Sequence record: DRR723986_4811
DNA: 64,000 nucleotides
Reading direction: 5' to 3' (one strand)
Shown: positions 44,348 through 53,470 of the stretch, one piece after another
Numbering within the stretch: position 1 is the stretch's first letter
Layout: every line of letters starts with the position of its first letter
Notes under the pieces: model-generated
Told to the model about the DNA's origin: nothing
Seen by the model: only the letters and a program-made list of their open reading frames with translations
The model's database searches: none
Made by a program: the position numbers and the translations under genes

Positions 44348-46540
44348 TTAGTATCGCTGGCGCAAATCAGCGCGCAGCAGGTGGTGGGGTACATCCATTG
44401 CCCAGCCGGCTGCGGCCAGGGCCAGGGTCTTGATCAAATTGACTGGTGGTTGTTTCAGTGGAATGGGTGTGCGCAACTCCGCCTCGGCGCGATTGCCCAG
44501 AAAATGAATGCTTTCGCCTTGATAAATCACGGCCATGCCGCCGTTTTTGACATGCTCGTCGACCACCGGGTTGTTGTCGGCACCACTGATCCAGATCACT
44601 TTGCCATCGCAGAGGTCTTTCATGGGCAACAAGCTGACCTCGTCGGCGTTGATTACCGCATGCCCGCCGCCAAGTACCAGATCAATCACGGTGCGCATGA
44701 CATTGAAATGTTGTTCCTTGGTCAGGATGTCCCATTCGTCCAGGCCGTCCATGGAACCCAGACTGGTAATCACGGCGAGGCTTGAACGGTCAAACGGCAA
44801 TCCTTCAGACAGAATGGTGCTTGCCTTTACCTGCATGACCATGGTGTCCAGATTTTTGTTGATCAGGCAGTTGCGACCCGATTGCCAATTGGCCGAGGGG
44901 GCTTTATTGATGGTTCTACCATTCATGAACAAACCTTGCTCGCAGGCCAAACCGACACGATGTCCCTGGTCTTCCAGTATTTCCGTCAACTCGGGGCCAA
45001 AGCCATCAATCTCGCCGCCCCCGGAATACGACACAGTCGGGATGCGCCCATTTGCATCGCCGGGAAACAGGGACTCAATGATGGGTTTGCCGACATTGCG
45101 GGGCTGTCCTTTCGCCGGTTTGATGTGCATGATCAGACCGGGCCCTGCGTTAACCTCAACCACAGCCAGCGATTGCCCCTTGGGCGATTGGTCAATGTGC
45201 TCGCACACCAGGTCGATGCCAGCCACATCAAGGCCCACTACACGGGCAGCCATACAGCACAGGCGCGCAATTTCTGGGTGAATCAAATCAGTGACGTCTT
45301 CGGATGCGTTGCTGTTTCGCTCAATCAGCACCTTCACGCCTTGCTCGATCACCGAAGTAGCGCTATAGCCTTGGCGTTGTACTTCCAGAAACACAGCCGG
45401 GTTTTTCTCCACATTCACTGGGCGCAACGGAAAGATTTCAGACTCACCACGGCGCGGGTCGGTGTTGATTTGTTGATTACACAGTTCCTGCAAGGTCGAT
45501 TTTCCATCGCCCACCACATAAACCAATTCACCACGCGACACGGCAGCCACCTGATAATTCACCACCAGAACCCGGTGTTCTGTGCCACGAATAAACTTTT
45601 CAACAATCACGCCTGTGTAACTTTCTTTGTCCGCAAGTGGCCATGCGGTTTTTACATCTTCTTCTTTGGTCAGCTCAAGTGATACACCGCGTCCCCAATT
45701 GCCATCGACAGGTTTTACAACCACAGGCAGGCCAATATCCTGTGCAATTTCCCAGGCATGCTCCGGGCTCTTGGCCATTTCCCCTTCTGGAACGGGTACG
45801 CCGCATTGCGCCAGCAGTTCCTTGCAAAGGTCTTTGTCGGCAGCGATGCCTTCTGCGATGGCTGAGGTCTTGGATGTTTCGGCAGTCCAGATGCGCTGTT
45901 GCTTGTTACCGTGGCCCAGTTGAACCAGATTGCCGTCGTTCAGGCGAACAATCGGAATACGTCGCTCATACGCAGCATCCAGAATATGTTGGGTGCTGGG
46001 CCCCAGGCCATGCATGTCACAGTGATGCTTGATCACCTTCAGCTCGGCCTGCAAGTCGTACTCCGTGCCTTCGATGGCGGCGTGCAGCAAACGCACACCT
46101 GCCCCCAGACAAGCCATGCCCACCACTGGGTCAGGGGTGCGAAACACCATTTTGTACACGCCTTCCTTGCTGGTCATTCGTGCTTTGCCGAATCCCACCT
46201 CAAGTCCCGCTTGCGTGTGTAGCTCAATCACGATGTGTTCGAGCATGTGGGCCGCGTAGGTGCCTTCGCGCACCCTCAGGAGAAATCCACCTGGCTCGCC
46301 GATGCCACAACGGTGGTCAACCAAACCGGGGAGTAAAGCCGTTAATCGCTCGTAAAATCCCGGCAACAGGTTGGAAGGGAATTGTTCCAGTTCTTGAATA
46401 TCCACCAACGCTTCAATGCAACTTCGATAGGTCCAGATATTCGGACCGTCAAGCCACATGGTTCGGAGTATTACAAGGCGTTTTTGCGTCATAAGCTGTG
46501 TGTCGGCAGGTTTGTTTTCGAGGATTGGATTTTCGAACAA
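44348..46540 (-). CDS. Cyanophycin synthetase paralogue CphA' with degenerate, truncated Mur-ligase domain
   Basis: GPNIWT, HRC-x19-HMLEH, LGPST, KPVDGNWGRGV, EVNAGPGL; no GTNGKTT; start may be ATG at 46492. Confidence 0.9.
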   Translation of the reverse strand: MFENPILENKPADTQLMTQKRLVILRTMWLDGPNIWTYRSCIEALVDIQELEQFPSNLLPGFYERLTALLPGLVDHRCGIGEPGGFLLRVREGTYAAHMLEHIVIELHTQAGLEVGFGKARMTSKEGVYKMVFRTPDPVVGMACLGAGVRLLHAAIEGTEYDLQAELKVIKHHCDMHGLGPSTQHILDAAYERRIPIVRLNDGNLVQLGHGNKQQRIWTAETSKTSAIAEGIAADKDLCKELLAQCGVPVPEGEMAKSPEHAWEIAQDIGLPVVVKPVDGNWGRGVSLELTKEEDVKTAWPLADKESYTGVIVEKFIRGTEHRVLVVNYQVAAVSRGELVYVVGDGKSTLQELCNQQINTDPRRGESEIFPLRPVNVEKNPAVFLEVQRQGYSATSVIEQGVKVLIERNSNASEDVTDLIHPEIARLCCMAARVVGLDVAGIDLVCEHIDQSPKGQSLAVVEVNAGPGLIMHIKPAKGQPRNVGKPIIESLFPGDANGRIPTVSYSGGGEIDGFGPELTEILEDQGHRVGLACEQGLFMNGRTINKAPSANWQSGRNCLINKNLDTMVMQVKASTILSEGLPFDRSSLAVITSLGSMDGLDEWDILTKEQHFNVMRTVIDLVLGGGHAVINADEVSLLPMKDLCDGKVIWISGADNNPVVDEHVKNGGMAVIYQGESIHFLGNRAEAELRTPIPLKQPPVNLIKTLALAAAGWAMDVPHHLLRADLRQRY

Positions 46541-46609
46541 TGTTAACTCCGTGTCGCTGGAAATAGTGGTGTAACATCAGCGAATTCGCGAACTGAGGGG
46601 GTAATCTCA

Positions 46610-48832
46610 TTGAAAATCGTTGGATTTTCACCGTCTGAAAACGAAGTACAACGCCTTTCAGAGGTTTGGGCCGCAAATTCACCAACCCAGGCGGTGTTTG
46701 TGGCTGACATGAATACTCGGCGTGAGTTTTCTCGCAGCCTTGTAGCCTTTAACGCCCATGAATTAATTGTGGTAGACAAGGAATTGCAGGTGCCTGTTTT
46801 CAAGGCGCCTTTCTCAAGTATTGAGAAAATTTCCATGTCCGATCATTCGGGCCTTTCTACGGTATTGATTCAAGTCGATTCCGGGCAGGTATTTCGCTTC
46901 TATGCGAGCTTCAGTTTGCATCGCGCGCTTGAAGAGTTCGTCGACTTGCTGGAAACCGCTGTGCGTGAATTCGAGCAGGGCACGGCACACACTGCCCAAA
47001 TTCAACACCCTGTACCGCGCTTGCTGGCCGATGAAGATTTGGACGATGCCAGGTTTGAAGAACCTGTCTCTTCCCGCGCACTGTTACGCCTGTGGCGTTT
47101 CGCTCACCCCTATCGCTGGCGCCTGTTTGCCGGGCTGATTTTGACGTTGCTGTCGACAGCCGCAACACTGGTGGCGCCTTATCTGTCGATGCCGCTGATG
47201 GATGAAGTGCTGATCCCTTTTCAAAATGGTCAGCCGATGAATACCGAGCTGGCAACTTTCTACCTGGGTGGTCTGTTAATTTCCGCCGTGGTGGCTGCGG
47301 GGTTGAGCTGGGCAAGAACCTACCTGCTTGCTTTGGTTTCCGAGCGCATTGGTTCCGATTTGCGTACCACCACATTCAATCATTTGATGAGTTTGTCGCT
47401 GGATTATTTCAGCGCGAAACGCACGGGCGATTTGATCGCACGGGTCAGCGCGGAAACGGATCGAATCAATTTGTTCCTTTCACTGCATGCGCTCGATTTC
47501 ATCACCGACGTGATCATGATCGTAATGACAGCGATCATCCTGATGAACATTGACTTCGAACTGGCGTTATTGACTTTGCTGCCTTTGCCAATCATTGCCT
47601 GGATGATTCACCTGGTTCGCGAAAAGCTGCGTACAGGTTTCGAGAAGGTGGATCGTGTGTGGGGTGAGGTTACCAATATTCTGACCGATACCATTCCCGG
47701 TATTCGTGTCGTGAAGGCCTTTGCGCAAGAGCGCCGTGAGTCGAATCGTTTCCTGAAAGCCAATACCCGCAACCTCGAGGTGAATGACCGCATCAACAAA
47801 ACCTGGTCGCTGTTTGCGCCCACGGTCAGCCTCTTGACCGAACTCGGTATTTTAGTGATCTGGGCCTCAGGCATCTGGATGATCATGAACAATGACATTA
47901 CTGTCGGCGTGTTGACCGCCTTCCTGGCTTATATCGGTCGTTTCTACACGCGGCTTGATTCCATGAGCCGGATCGTGTCTGTCACTCAAAAAGCCGCTGC
48001 GGGTTCGAAACGGATTTTCGATATTCTTGATTACAAGTCGTCAGTGCCAGAAGCCGAGAACCCTGTGCACATTGATCAGCTCAAAGGCGAACTTGAATTG
48101 CGCAATGTGTCTTTCCGGTACGGAAGCCGGCAGGTGCTTGATGGTGTGAACTTGAAAGTGAAGCAGGGTGAAATGGTCGGCTTGGTGGGCCACAGTGGTT
48201 CTGGCAAGTCGACGTTGGTGAATTTGTTGTGCCGTTTTTACGATGTCAGCGATGGTGAAGTGCTGGCCGATGGGATTGACATCCGGCAGATTGAAATGGC
48301 GAGTTATCGCAGAAACATTGGTCTGGTGTTACAAGAACCGTATTTGTTCTTTGGCACGATTGCCGAGAACATTGCCTATGGGCGGCCCGACGCCACCCGA
48401 GAGGAAATCATCGCAGCGGCCCGGCTTGCGCATGCCCACGAGTTCATTCTTCGTCTGCAGCATGGATACGACTCTCTGGTGGGCGAGCGTGGGCAAAGTT
48501 TGTCCGGGGGCGAGCGGCAGCGAATTTCTATCGCGCGGGCCTTGTTGATCGACCCTAAAATTCTCATTCTCGACGAGGCGACCAGCTCGGTTGACTCTCA
48601 AACGGAAAAAGAAATTCAAAAGGCTTTGGACAACCTGGTGCAGGGACGAACTACCATTGCAATTGCTCACCGGCTTTCCACCTTGCGCAAGGCTGACCGA
48701 ATTGTGGTGATGGACCGAGGCAAGGTTGTGGAAGAGGGACCACATGATGAACTGTTGGCAGCCAAGTCCCATTTCTGGCATTTGCACCAGGCCCAGGAAA
48801 AACTGAAGCAGGAGCAAGCCCAATATGATTGA
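46610..48832 (+). CDS. ABC exporter (TMD+NBD) with N-terminal extension, cyanophycin-locus associated
   Basis: About 150 aa soluble N-terminus, six-TM region, GHSGSGKS, LSGGERQR, ILDEATS. Confidence 0.92.
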   Translation: MKIVGFSPSENEVQRLSEVWAANSPTQAVFVADMNTRREFSRSLVAFNAHELIVVDKELQVPVFKAPFSSIEKISMSDHSGLSTVLIQVDSGQVFRFYASFSLHRALEEFVDLLETAVREFEQGTAHTAQIQHPVPRLLADEDLDDARFEEPVSSRALLRLWRFAHPYRWRLFAGLILTLLSTAATLVAPYLSMPLMDEVLIPFQNGQPMNTELATFYLGGLLISAVVAAGLSWARTYLLALVSERIGSDLRTTTFNHLMSLSLDYFSAKRTGDLIARVSAETDRINLFLSLHALDFITDVIMIVMTAIILMNIDFELALLTLLPLPIIAWMIHLVREKLRTGFEKVDRVWGEVTNILTDTIPGIRVVKAFAQERRESNRFLKANTRNLEVNDRINKTWSLFAPTVSLLTELGILVIWASGIWMIMNNDITVGVLTAFLAYIGRFYTRLDSMSRIVSVTQKAAAGSKRIFDILDYKSSVPEAENPVHIDQLKGELELRNVSFRYGSRQVLDGVNLKVKQGEMVGLVGHSGSGKSTLVNLLCRFYDVSDGEVLADGIDIRQIEMASYRRNIGLVLQEPYLFFGTIAENIAYGRPDATREEIIAAARLAHAHEFILRLQHGYDSLVGERGQSLSGGERQRISIARALLIDPKILILDEATSSVDSQTEKEIQKALDNLVQGRTTIAIAHRLSTLRKADRIVVMDRGKVVEEGPHDELLAAKSHFWHLHQAQEKLKQEQAQYD

Positions 48833-49292
48833 CTGGCGATTGCGTGAATCAACCCAAGGCAAGTTGGCCTTGTACAAAGGCAGTGAATTGGTGGCTGATC
48901 AGGTGATGCCAGTGCTGGCTTTCCCCTTTTCAGCCCCAGATGAAAGCATTTCAATTGTGGATGAATACAGCAAAGAATTAGCCTGGCTGGATCGTCTGGA
49001 TCAATTGGATACTGACTCACAGGCGGTCGTGAAAGATTTCCTGGCAGTGCGTGAGTTCAGGCCCACTGTGCTTCGAATTACCTCAGTGTCGACCTACTCC
49101 ACACCCAGCATCTGGACCCTGGAAACTGACAAAGGGCCTTGCAAGTTTGAGTTGCCCACGGATGAGAGCATTCGACGTTTGGGAGGAAGCCGGCTGGTGC
49201 TCACCCATGCCAACGGCATGCAGTTCATCATCGAAGACATGTTCGCGCTGGACGCACGAAGCCGTCAGATTCTGGCTCGCTTTATGGCCTGA
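48825..49292 (+). CDS. DUF1854 family protein
   Basis: PVLAFPFSAP..ISIV, REFRP, PSIWTLETDKG, LDARSR; overlaps the ABC gene by 8 nt. Confidence 0.85.
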   Translation: MIDWRLRESTQGKLALYKGSELVADQVMPVLAFPFSAPDESISIVDEYSKELAWLDRLDQLDTDSQAVVKDFLAVREFRPTVLRITSVSTYSTPSIWTLETDKGPCKFELPTDESIRRLGGSRLVLTHANGMQFIIEDMFALDARSRQILARFMA

Positions 49293-49301
49293 AAATTGGT
49301 C

Positions 49302-49338
49302 AAAAAAAACACCTGTGAGCCAGGGCTGACAGGTGTTT
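49302..49338 (-). terminator. Intrinsic terminator downstream of flhC (possibly bidirectional)
   Basis: Minus strand AAACACCTGTCAGCC-CT-GGCTCACAGGTGTTTTTTTT. Confidence 0.85.
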
Positions 49339-49375
49339 GAAGTGTCCTTGTACTACGGACAGGGGAGAGAGACAA
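49302..49375 (-). ncRNA. Candidate CU-rich small RNA in the flhC 3' region
   Basis: UGUCUCUCUCCCC, hairpin UGUCC-N9-GGACA, then the terminator. Confidence 0.45.
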
Positions 49376-49419
49376 AAAACAAGTTACTGCTTGGTACAAC
49401 GGCACTGCAATTCAATTCT

Positions 49420-49986
49420 TTAAGCAATTTCCATCAAGCTTTCTTCATTGAAGAAGCGGGTGGCTGCGTCCTGTTTCGTTTTTCCGGCGCGTGATGGCAT
49501 GTTGCACAGGCCGCATTCATAGTTATTGACCAAGTCATAGGTGTGTACGACGAAGTGACCCTGACAGGTTTTGCAAGCAGTGGTGGTCAACATGCCGGCG
49601 TCAAAAAATTTCACCAGACGCCATGCGCGGGTAAGAGACAAAACCTCTGGCAAACCCAAGGCTGTAATTTGTTCGCGATACAGCTTGTAGGCCTTCACCA
49701 AACATTCACCGTCCTCAAGGTCGGTGTGTTTGATGCATGTAGAGTAAAAATTCATGAACAGGGAACAGTGGATATTGGGCTGCCAGGTCATGAACCAGTC
49801 TGTGGAGAAGGGCAACATGCCTTTGGGCGGCGATTTCTGCTTGATTTCCTTGTACAGGCGGATCAGGCGTTCACGTGACAATTGGGTTTCACTTTCGAGG
49901 ACCTGCAAGCGGGCATCCAGCTTGATCAGGTCAGAAGCGAGTTTGATTTGGACAGCCTCAGCCATCAAGGATTTAATCTTGGACAT
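49420..49986 (-). CDS. flhC: Flagellar master regulator FlhC
   Basis: ARLQVLE, SPPKGMLPFSTDWF, CKTC..CGLC zinc site. Confidence 0.96.
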   Translation of the reverse strand: MSKIKSLMAEAVQIKLASDLIKLDARLQVLESETQLSRERLIRLYKEIKQKSPPKGMLPFSTDWFMTWQPNIHCSLFMNFYSTCIKHTDLEDGECLVKAYKLYREQITALGLPEVLSLTRAWRLVKFFDAGMLTTTACKTCQGHFVVHTYDLVNNYECGLCNMPSRAGKTKQDAATRFFNEESLMEIA

Positions 49987-50042
49987 ATTTGTTCTCCAGC
50001 GCACCCGCGGGTGCATGTGCCACGGTTGTTTTCTAAGTGCGC

Positions 50043-50360
50043 TTAAGCGGTAATTTGGGCGCTGCGGCCAGCCATCAAGATGGCTGCATGCATGCCTGAA
50101 ATCGCGCGTTCTTTTCCGTGGTCACCAAGGAGTTTCCATACGGCGGGGTCTTCGAACCGAATGCTGCACATCGGCACATTGTTTGCTGCGATGCGCAAAA
50201 CTTGAGCGGTAGTCAGTTGGTCCAGCAGGTCTGCCGTGTTTTCGTCGATGCCCAGGCGAATGATGGCCTCGGCTTTGTCTTCATTGATGAGTTGTTTGGC
50301 CAGAAGCAGGTAAGATAAATTGGCTTCGCGAATTTGTTCCAGTAGTTCATTTGCTTTCAT
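50043..50360 (-). CDS. flhD: Flagellar master regulator FlhD
   Basis: IREANLSYLLLA, RLGI, HAAIL; AGGAGG RBS. Confidence 0.95.
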   Translation of the reverse strand: MKANELLEQIREANLSYLLLAKQLINEDKAEAIIRLGIDENTADLLDQLTTAQVLRIAANNVPMCSIRFEDPAVWKLLGDHGKERAISGMHAAILMAGRSAQITA

Positions 50361-50555
50361 TTTGAACATCCTCCTATTCAAATCAAGCAATCTTTTTCAG
50401 AAGGTTTCGACGCTTCCCACAGACATCGATCCCAGTGAATGTATTGTTGATGAACCGCGAAAAAAACTAAGCCATCCAATTGCTGTAAGCGAGATCAGCG
50501 AGCAGCCATTGCGTATGTAAGAAGAAACCAGACAACGAGACAGGTGAAATTAACA

Positions 50556-51434
50556 ATGAGCAATGCGTTTATGAACTGGCTGTGCCGCAGATTGATCGAT
50601 TCCAAATGCAAACAAATGGGTTTGGTCAAAAGCAGCGTCAATACCGTAGACGGACGCACCGTGTATTTCAAGGGCGGACAAGGGCCCGACATGGTGTTGG
50701 TTCACGGCTTTGGCGCCAACAAGGAAAACTGGCTGGCACTGGCTCCACGCCTGATGCGCCATTACACTGTGTGGGTACCCGACCTGATCGGGTTTGGTGA
50801 GTCTGACCGACCGAGCAATGCCCGTTTTAATATTGCAGAACAGGCCGATCGAGTGGTGCGTTGGCTGGATGCGGTGGGAGTAAAAACCTTCCATGTCATG
50901 GGTAACTCCATGGGCGGCTATTTGGCGGGTGCCTTGGCCGCCAATTTTGAGAACCGGGTTCTCAGCGCCTGTTTGTTAAACCCTGCCGGGGTAAAGGGTG
51001 CCGAACATACAGCCATTGGGCGTGCTTTTGCAGACGAAGGCAAAATTATTCTGGCACCCACCAATTTTGAAGAATATGAGAAGGTGGTCGATCTCTGTTT
51101 TAATGGAAAAGCGCCACCCATGCCTGGTTTTATGCGCAAATACTTTGGCCGCATGTCGATCAAGAACAAGGCTTTGCTCGACCGGGTATTCATGGAGTTC
51201 GTGAATCCGGACTCCAATGTCAGTTTGAACGACATGGTGGAAAACACCACCGTGCCCTTGATGGTGGTGTGGGGAGATTCGGACCAGTTGGTTCACCCCA
51301 GCGGCCTGGCTGTATTGAAACAGGCGCAACCCGCGATTGTCGATTTAATGCTTGAAAACACTGGCCACTGTCCCATGGTCGACAGGGCCTCGGTAGTTTA
51401 CAAAGCTCACCTGGAATTCATGCCAGCATCTTGA
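50556..51434 (+). CDS. Alpha/beta hydrolase (lipase/esterase)
   Basis: VHGFG, PDLIGFGES, GNSMGG nucleophile, WGDSD, GHCP. Confidence 0.9.
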   Translation: MSNAFMNWLCRRLIDSKCKQMGLVKSSVNTVDGRTVYFKGGQGPDMVLVHGFGANKENWLALAPRLMRHYTVWVPDLIGFGESDRPSNARFNIAEQADRVVRWLDAVGVKTFHVMGNSMGGYLAGALAANFENRVLSACLLNPAGVKGAEHTAIGRAFADEGKIILAPTNFEEYEKVVDLCFNGKAPPMPGFMRKYFGRMSIKNKALLDRVFMEFVNPDSNVSLNDMVENTTVPLMVVWGDSDQLVHPSGLAVLKQAQPAIVDLMLENTGHCPMVDRASVVYKAHLEFMPAS

Positions 51435-52845
51435 ATGGTTGGATTTGCTCAATTTCCAGCGCAAGCTCAATCAACCTGAATTCATGCCCCATGCCAGCGG
51501 CAAAATGTACCCCGACGGGGATACCCTCAGCCGTATGGTGCATGGGCAGGCTGATGGCTGGGGCCCCCGCCACGTTTTGAGCTGCTGTGAATGATGCAAA
51601 GTTGACCAGCCTTTCCCGCGCCTGCTCAAATGGCAGATCAAGTGCCAGGTAACCTAGCGGCGGTGCAGGCTGGCCCAGTGTGGGGCTCAGCAACACATCC
51701 AGATCGGCAAAGGCCGTAGCGTATTGCGCTTCAAACTGGTAAAGCCTTCGCAAAGCGAATGGAAATTTCAGCAGGTTGCGCGTGAAATGTTTGGCCAAAC
51801 CGTCAGTGAGGGGTTCGAGTTTTCCGGTGTCCATGTGCCGGTCAATTGCAAGTTTGCCCAAGTGTGAAATGGATGCGGCCAGCATGCCCCAGTACAGCAA
51901 GAAATCATCGGCAAACTGGGCGCTGATGGGCACCTTGATTTCCTGCACTTCGTGGCCCAACTCTTCACACAAGGCGGCTGCCTTGTGCACAGCGTCTATG
52001 CAGGCGGAGTCTGTTTCATGACCAGAAATTTTCTGTGTGAACATGCCGATTTTCAGGCGCTTGCGGCCAGGGGCTGTGATATGGCCAAGTGGTGGCAATG
52101 TCGGGTTTTTGTAATGCTCTTCTGCCAGCGCGAAAAACGCAGCAGTGTCCCGTACACTGCGCGAGACAATCCCGTCGCTCACAATATTGATGGGCAGGTT
52201 TTTTGCCATTTCGTTCATGGCCAAACGCCCGCGGCTGGGTTTCAAACCCACCAGCCCGCAACATGCAGCGGGAATGCGAATTGAGCCACCGCCGTCGTTT
52301 GCATGGGCAATTGGAACCACACCCGCTGCCACCAAAGCAGCCGAACCGCCCGAAGAACCCCCTGTGCTGTGCCCAATGTTCCATGGGTTGTGCGCTGGCT
52401 CAGCTTTGCTGTATTCGGTGGTGGCAGTCAGCCCGAACTCGGGCAGCTTTGTTTTACCCAGCAGCACTACGCCAGTGTCGATAATCTGCTGTGCGACGGC
52501 GCTGGTGTGATTTTTGTTGGTGGCTGGCATGGCCGCAGATCCGTGCAGAGTGGGCAAGCCATTCAAATCCAGATTGTCCTTCAAAAATGCCGGTATGCCC
52601 TGAAATGCCCTGAAGTTACCCAGGTTGTCGTAAAAGCTTGCTTGTGCCAGGGCCGCTTCCTCTTGCAAGCACACCGTGGCGTGTAGCGCCGGGTTGACAA
52701 GTTCAAGTCGTTTGAAGGCGGCCTGCACCAGTGCAGTGGCACTGATTTCTCCGCGTTGTAGTTGCCCCGCCAAGGCCACGGCATCATGATGACCCAAAGC
52801 GTCGGTATGGTGAAACGCGTGTACTTGTCTAGGCTTAATTGTCAT
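51418..52845 (-). CDS. Amidase-signature family amidase
   Basis: LKDN, GGSSGGSAA, DGGGSIRIPA. Confidence 0.93.
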   Translation of the reverse strand: MTIKPRQVHAFHHTDALGHHDAVALAGQLQRGEISATALVQAAFKRLELVNPALHATVCLQEEAALAQASFYDNLGNFRAFQGIPAFLKDNLDLNGLPTLHGSAAMPATNKNHTSAVAQQIIDTGVVLLGKTKLPEFGLTATTEYSKAEPAHNPWNIGHSTGGSSGGSAALVAAGVVPIAHANDGGGSIRIPAACCGLVGLKPSRGRLAMNEMAKNLPINIVSDGIVSRSVRDTAAFFALAEEHYKNPTLPPLGHITAPGRKRLKIGMFTQKISGHETDSACIDAVHKAAALCEELGHEVQEIKVPISAQFADDFLLYWGMLAASISHLGKLAIDRHMDTGKLEPLTDGLAKHFTRNLLKFPFALRRLYQFEAQYATAFADLDVLLSPTLGQPAPPLGYLALDLPFEQARERLVNFASFTAAQNVAGAPAISLPMHHTAEGIPVGVHFAAGMGHEFRLIELALEIEQIQPFKMLA

Positions 52846-52936
52846 TGTGGGTGATCATTGTTGTTGGTCTAAGGTTGGCTGTCTCTGGCTTCAGTCTAAA
52901 ATGAAAAATCTGCTGAATTCATCGCTTTTGCCCCAC

Positions 52937-53332
52937 ATGGTCCAAAAAAATAAATCATTGCCGTGCCCCTGTGGCCATGGTGCCTACCAAGCCTGCTGCG
53001 AACCGTTTCATATCCAGACGCAAACCGCACCGACCGCAGAAGCACTGATGCGCTCGCGTTACAGTGCATATGCCTTGGGCCTGGGCGACTATGTGTTGTT
53101 AACCTGGCATTCCAGTACACGACCGCCCCAACTAAACCTTCAACAGGAGATTGCGCAAGGCAAATGGCTGGGGCTGAGTGTTAAAGGACATTGGCCAGGC
53201 CATGGCAAAGCCGAAGTGGAGTTCGTAGCTCGCTACAAACCCAACCATGGGCCCGCCAGTCGTCTGCATGAACGGAGCCGTTTTGTGCAGGAGCAGGGGC
53301 GTTGGTATTACGTGGATGGTGATCTGTTGTAG
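52937..53332 (+). CDS. ychJ: YchJ family (SEC-C/UPF0225) protein
   Basis: CPCG..CC, EALMRSRYSAY, VEFVARY, LHERSRF, WYYVDG; start uncertain. Confidence 0.9.
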   Translation: MVQKNKSLPCPCGHGAYQACCEPFHIQTQTAPTAEALMRSRYSAYALGLGDYVLLTWHSSTRPPQLNLQQEIAQGKWLGLSVKGHWPGHGKAEVEFVARYKPNHGPASRLHERSRFVQEQGRWYYVDGDLL

Positions 53333-53359
53333 TCCATGTAAAAATTTTCAATCACGGCG

Positions 53360-53387
53360 CTTGAAATCTTCAGGGGTGGTTCATAAA
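53360..53387 (+). promoter_or_regulatory. Sigma32-like promoter of hsp20
   Basis: CTTGAAA -35 with a degenerate -10 (GTTCAT) upstream of a heat-shock gene. Confidence 0.5.
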
Positions 53388-53393
53388 TCAGGA

Positions 53394-53470
53394 ATGTGGG
53401 AAATGTCTCCGAGAGAGTTTCTCCACATATTTAACAACTGATTTTTTGCTTCTCAGGAGAATCAATCATG
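53394..53470 (+). promoter_or_regulatory. ROSE-like RNA thermometer in hsp20 5' UTR
   Basis: 5' hairpin 53394-53428; SD hairpin TGATTTTTTGCT-TCTC-AGGAGAATCA with UUGCU pairing AGGA around a bulged G. Confidence 0.7.

Noticed and set aside
44348-46540. cphA' as a pseudogene
   Set aside because: The ORF is uninterrupted for over 700 codons with intact N-domain and ATP-grasp motifs; the loss is confined to one domain
34326-50400. Genomic island or prophage integrated at tRNA-Ser
   Set aside because: Accessory-looking genes follow the tRNA, but I saw no integrase, transposase, phage gene or duplicated tRNA 3' end, and the tRNA terminator is intact
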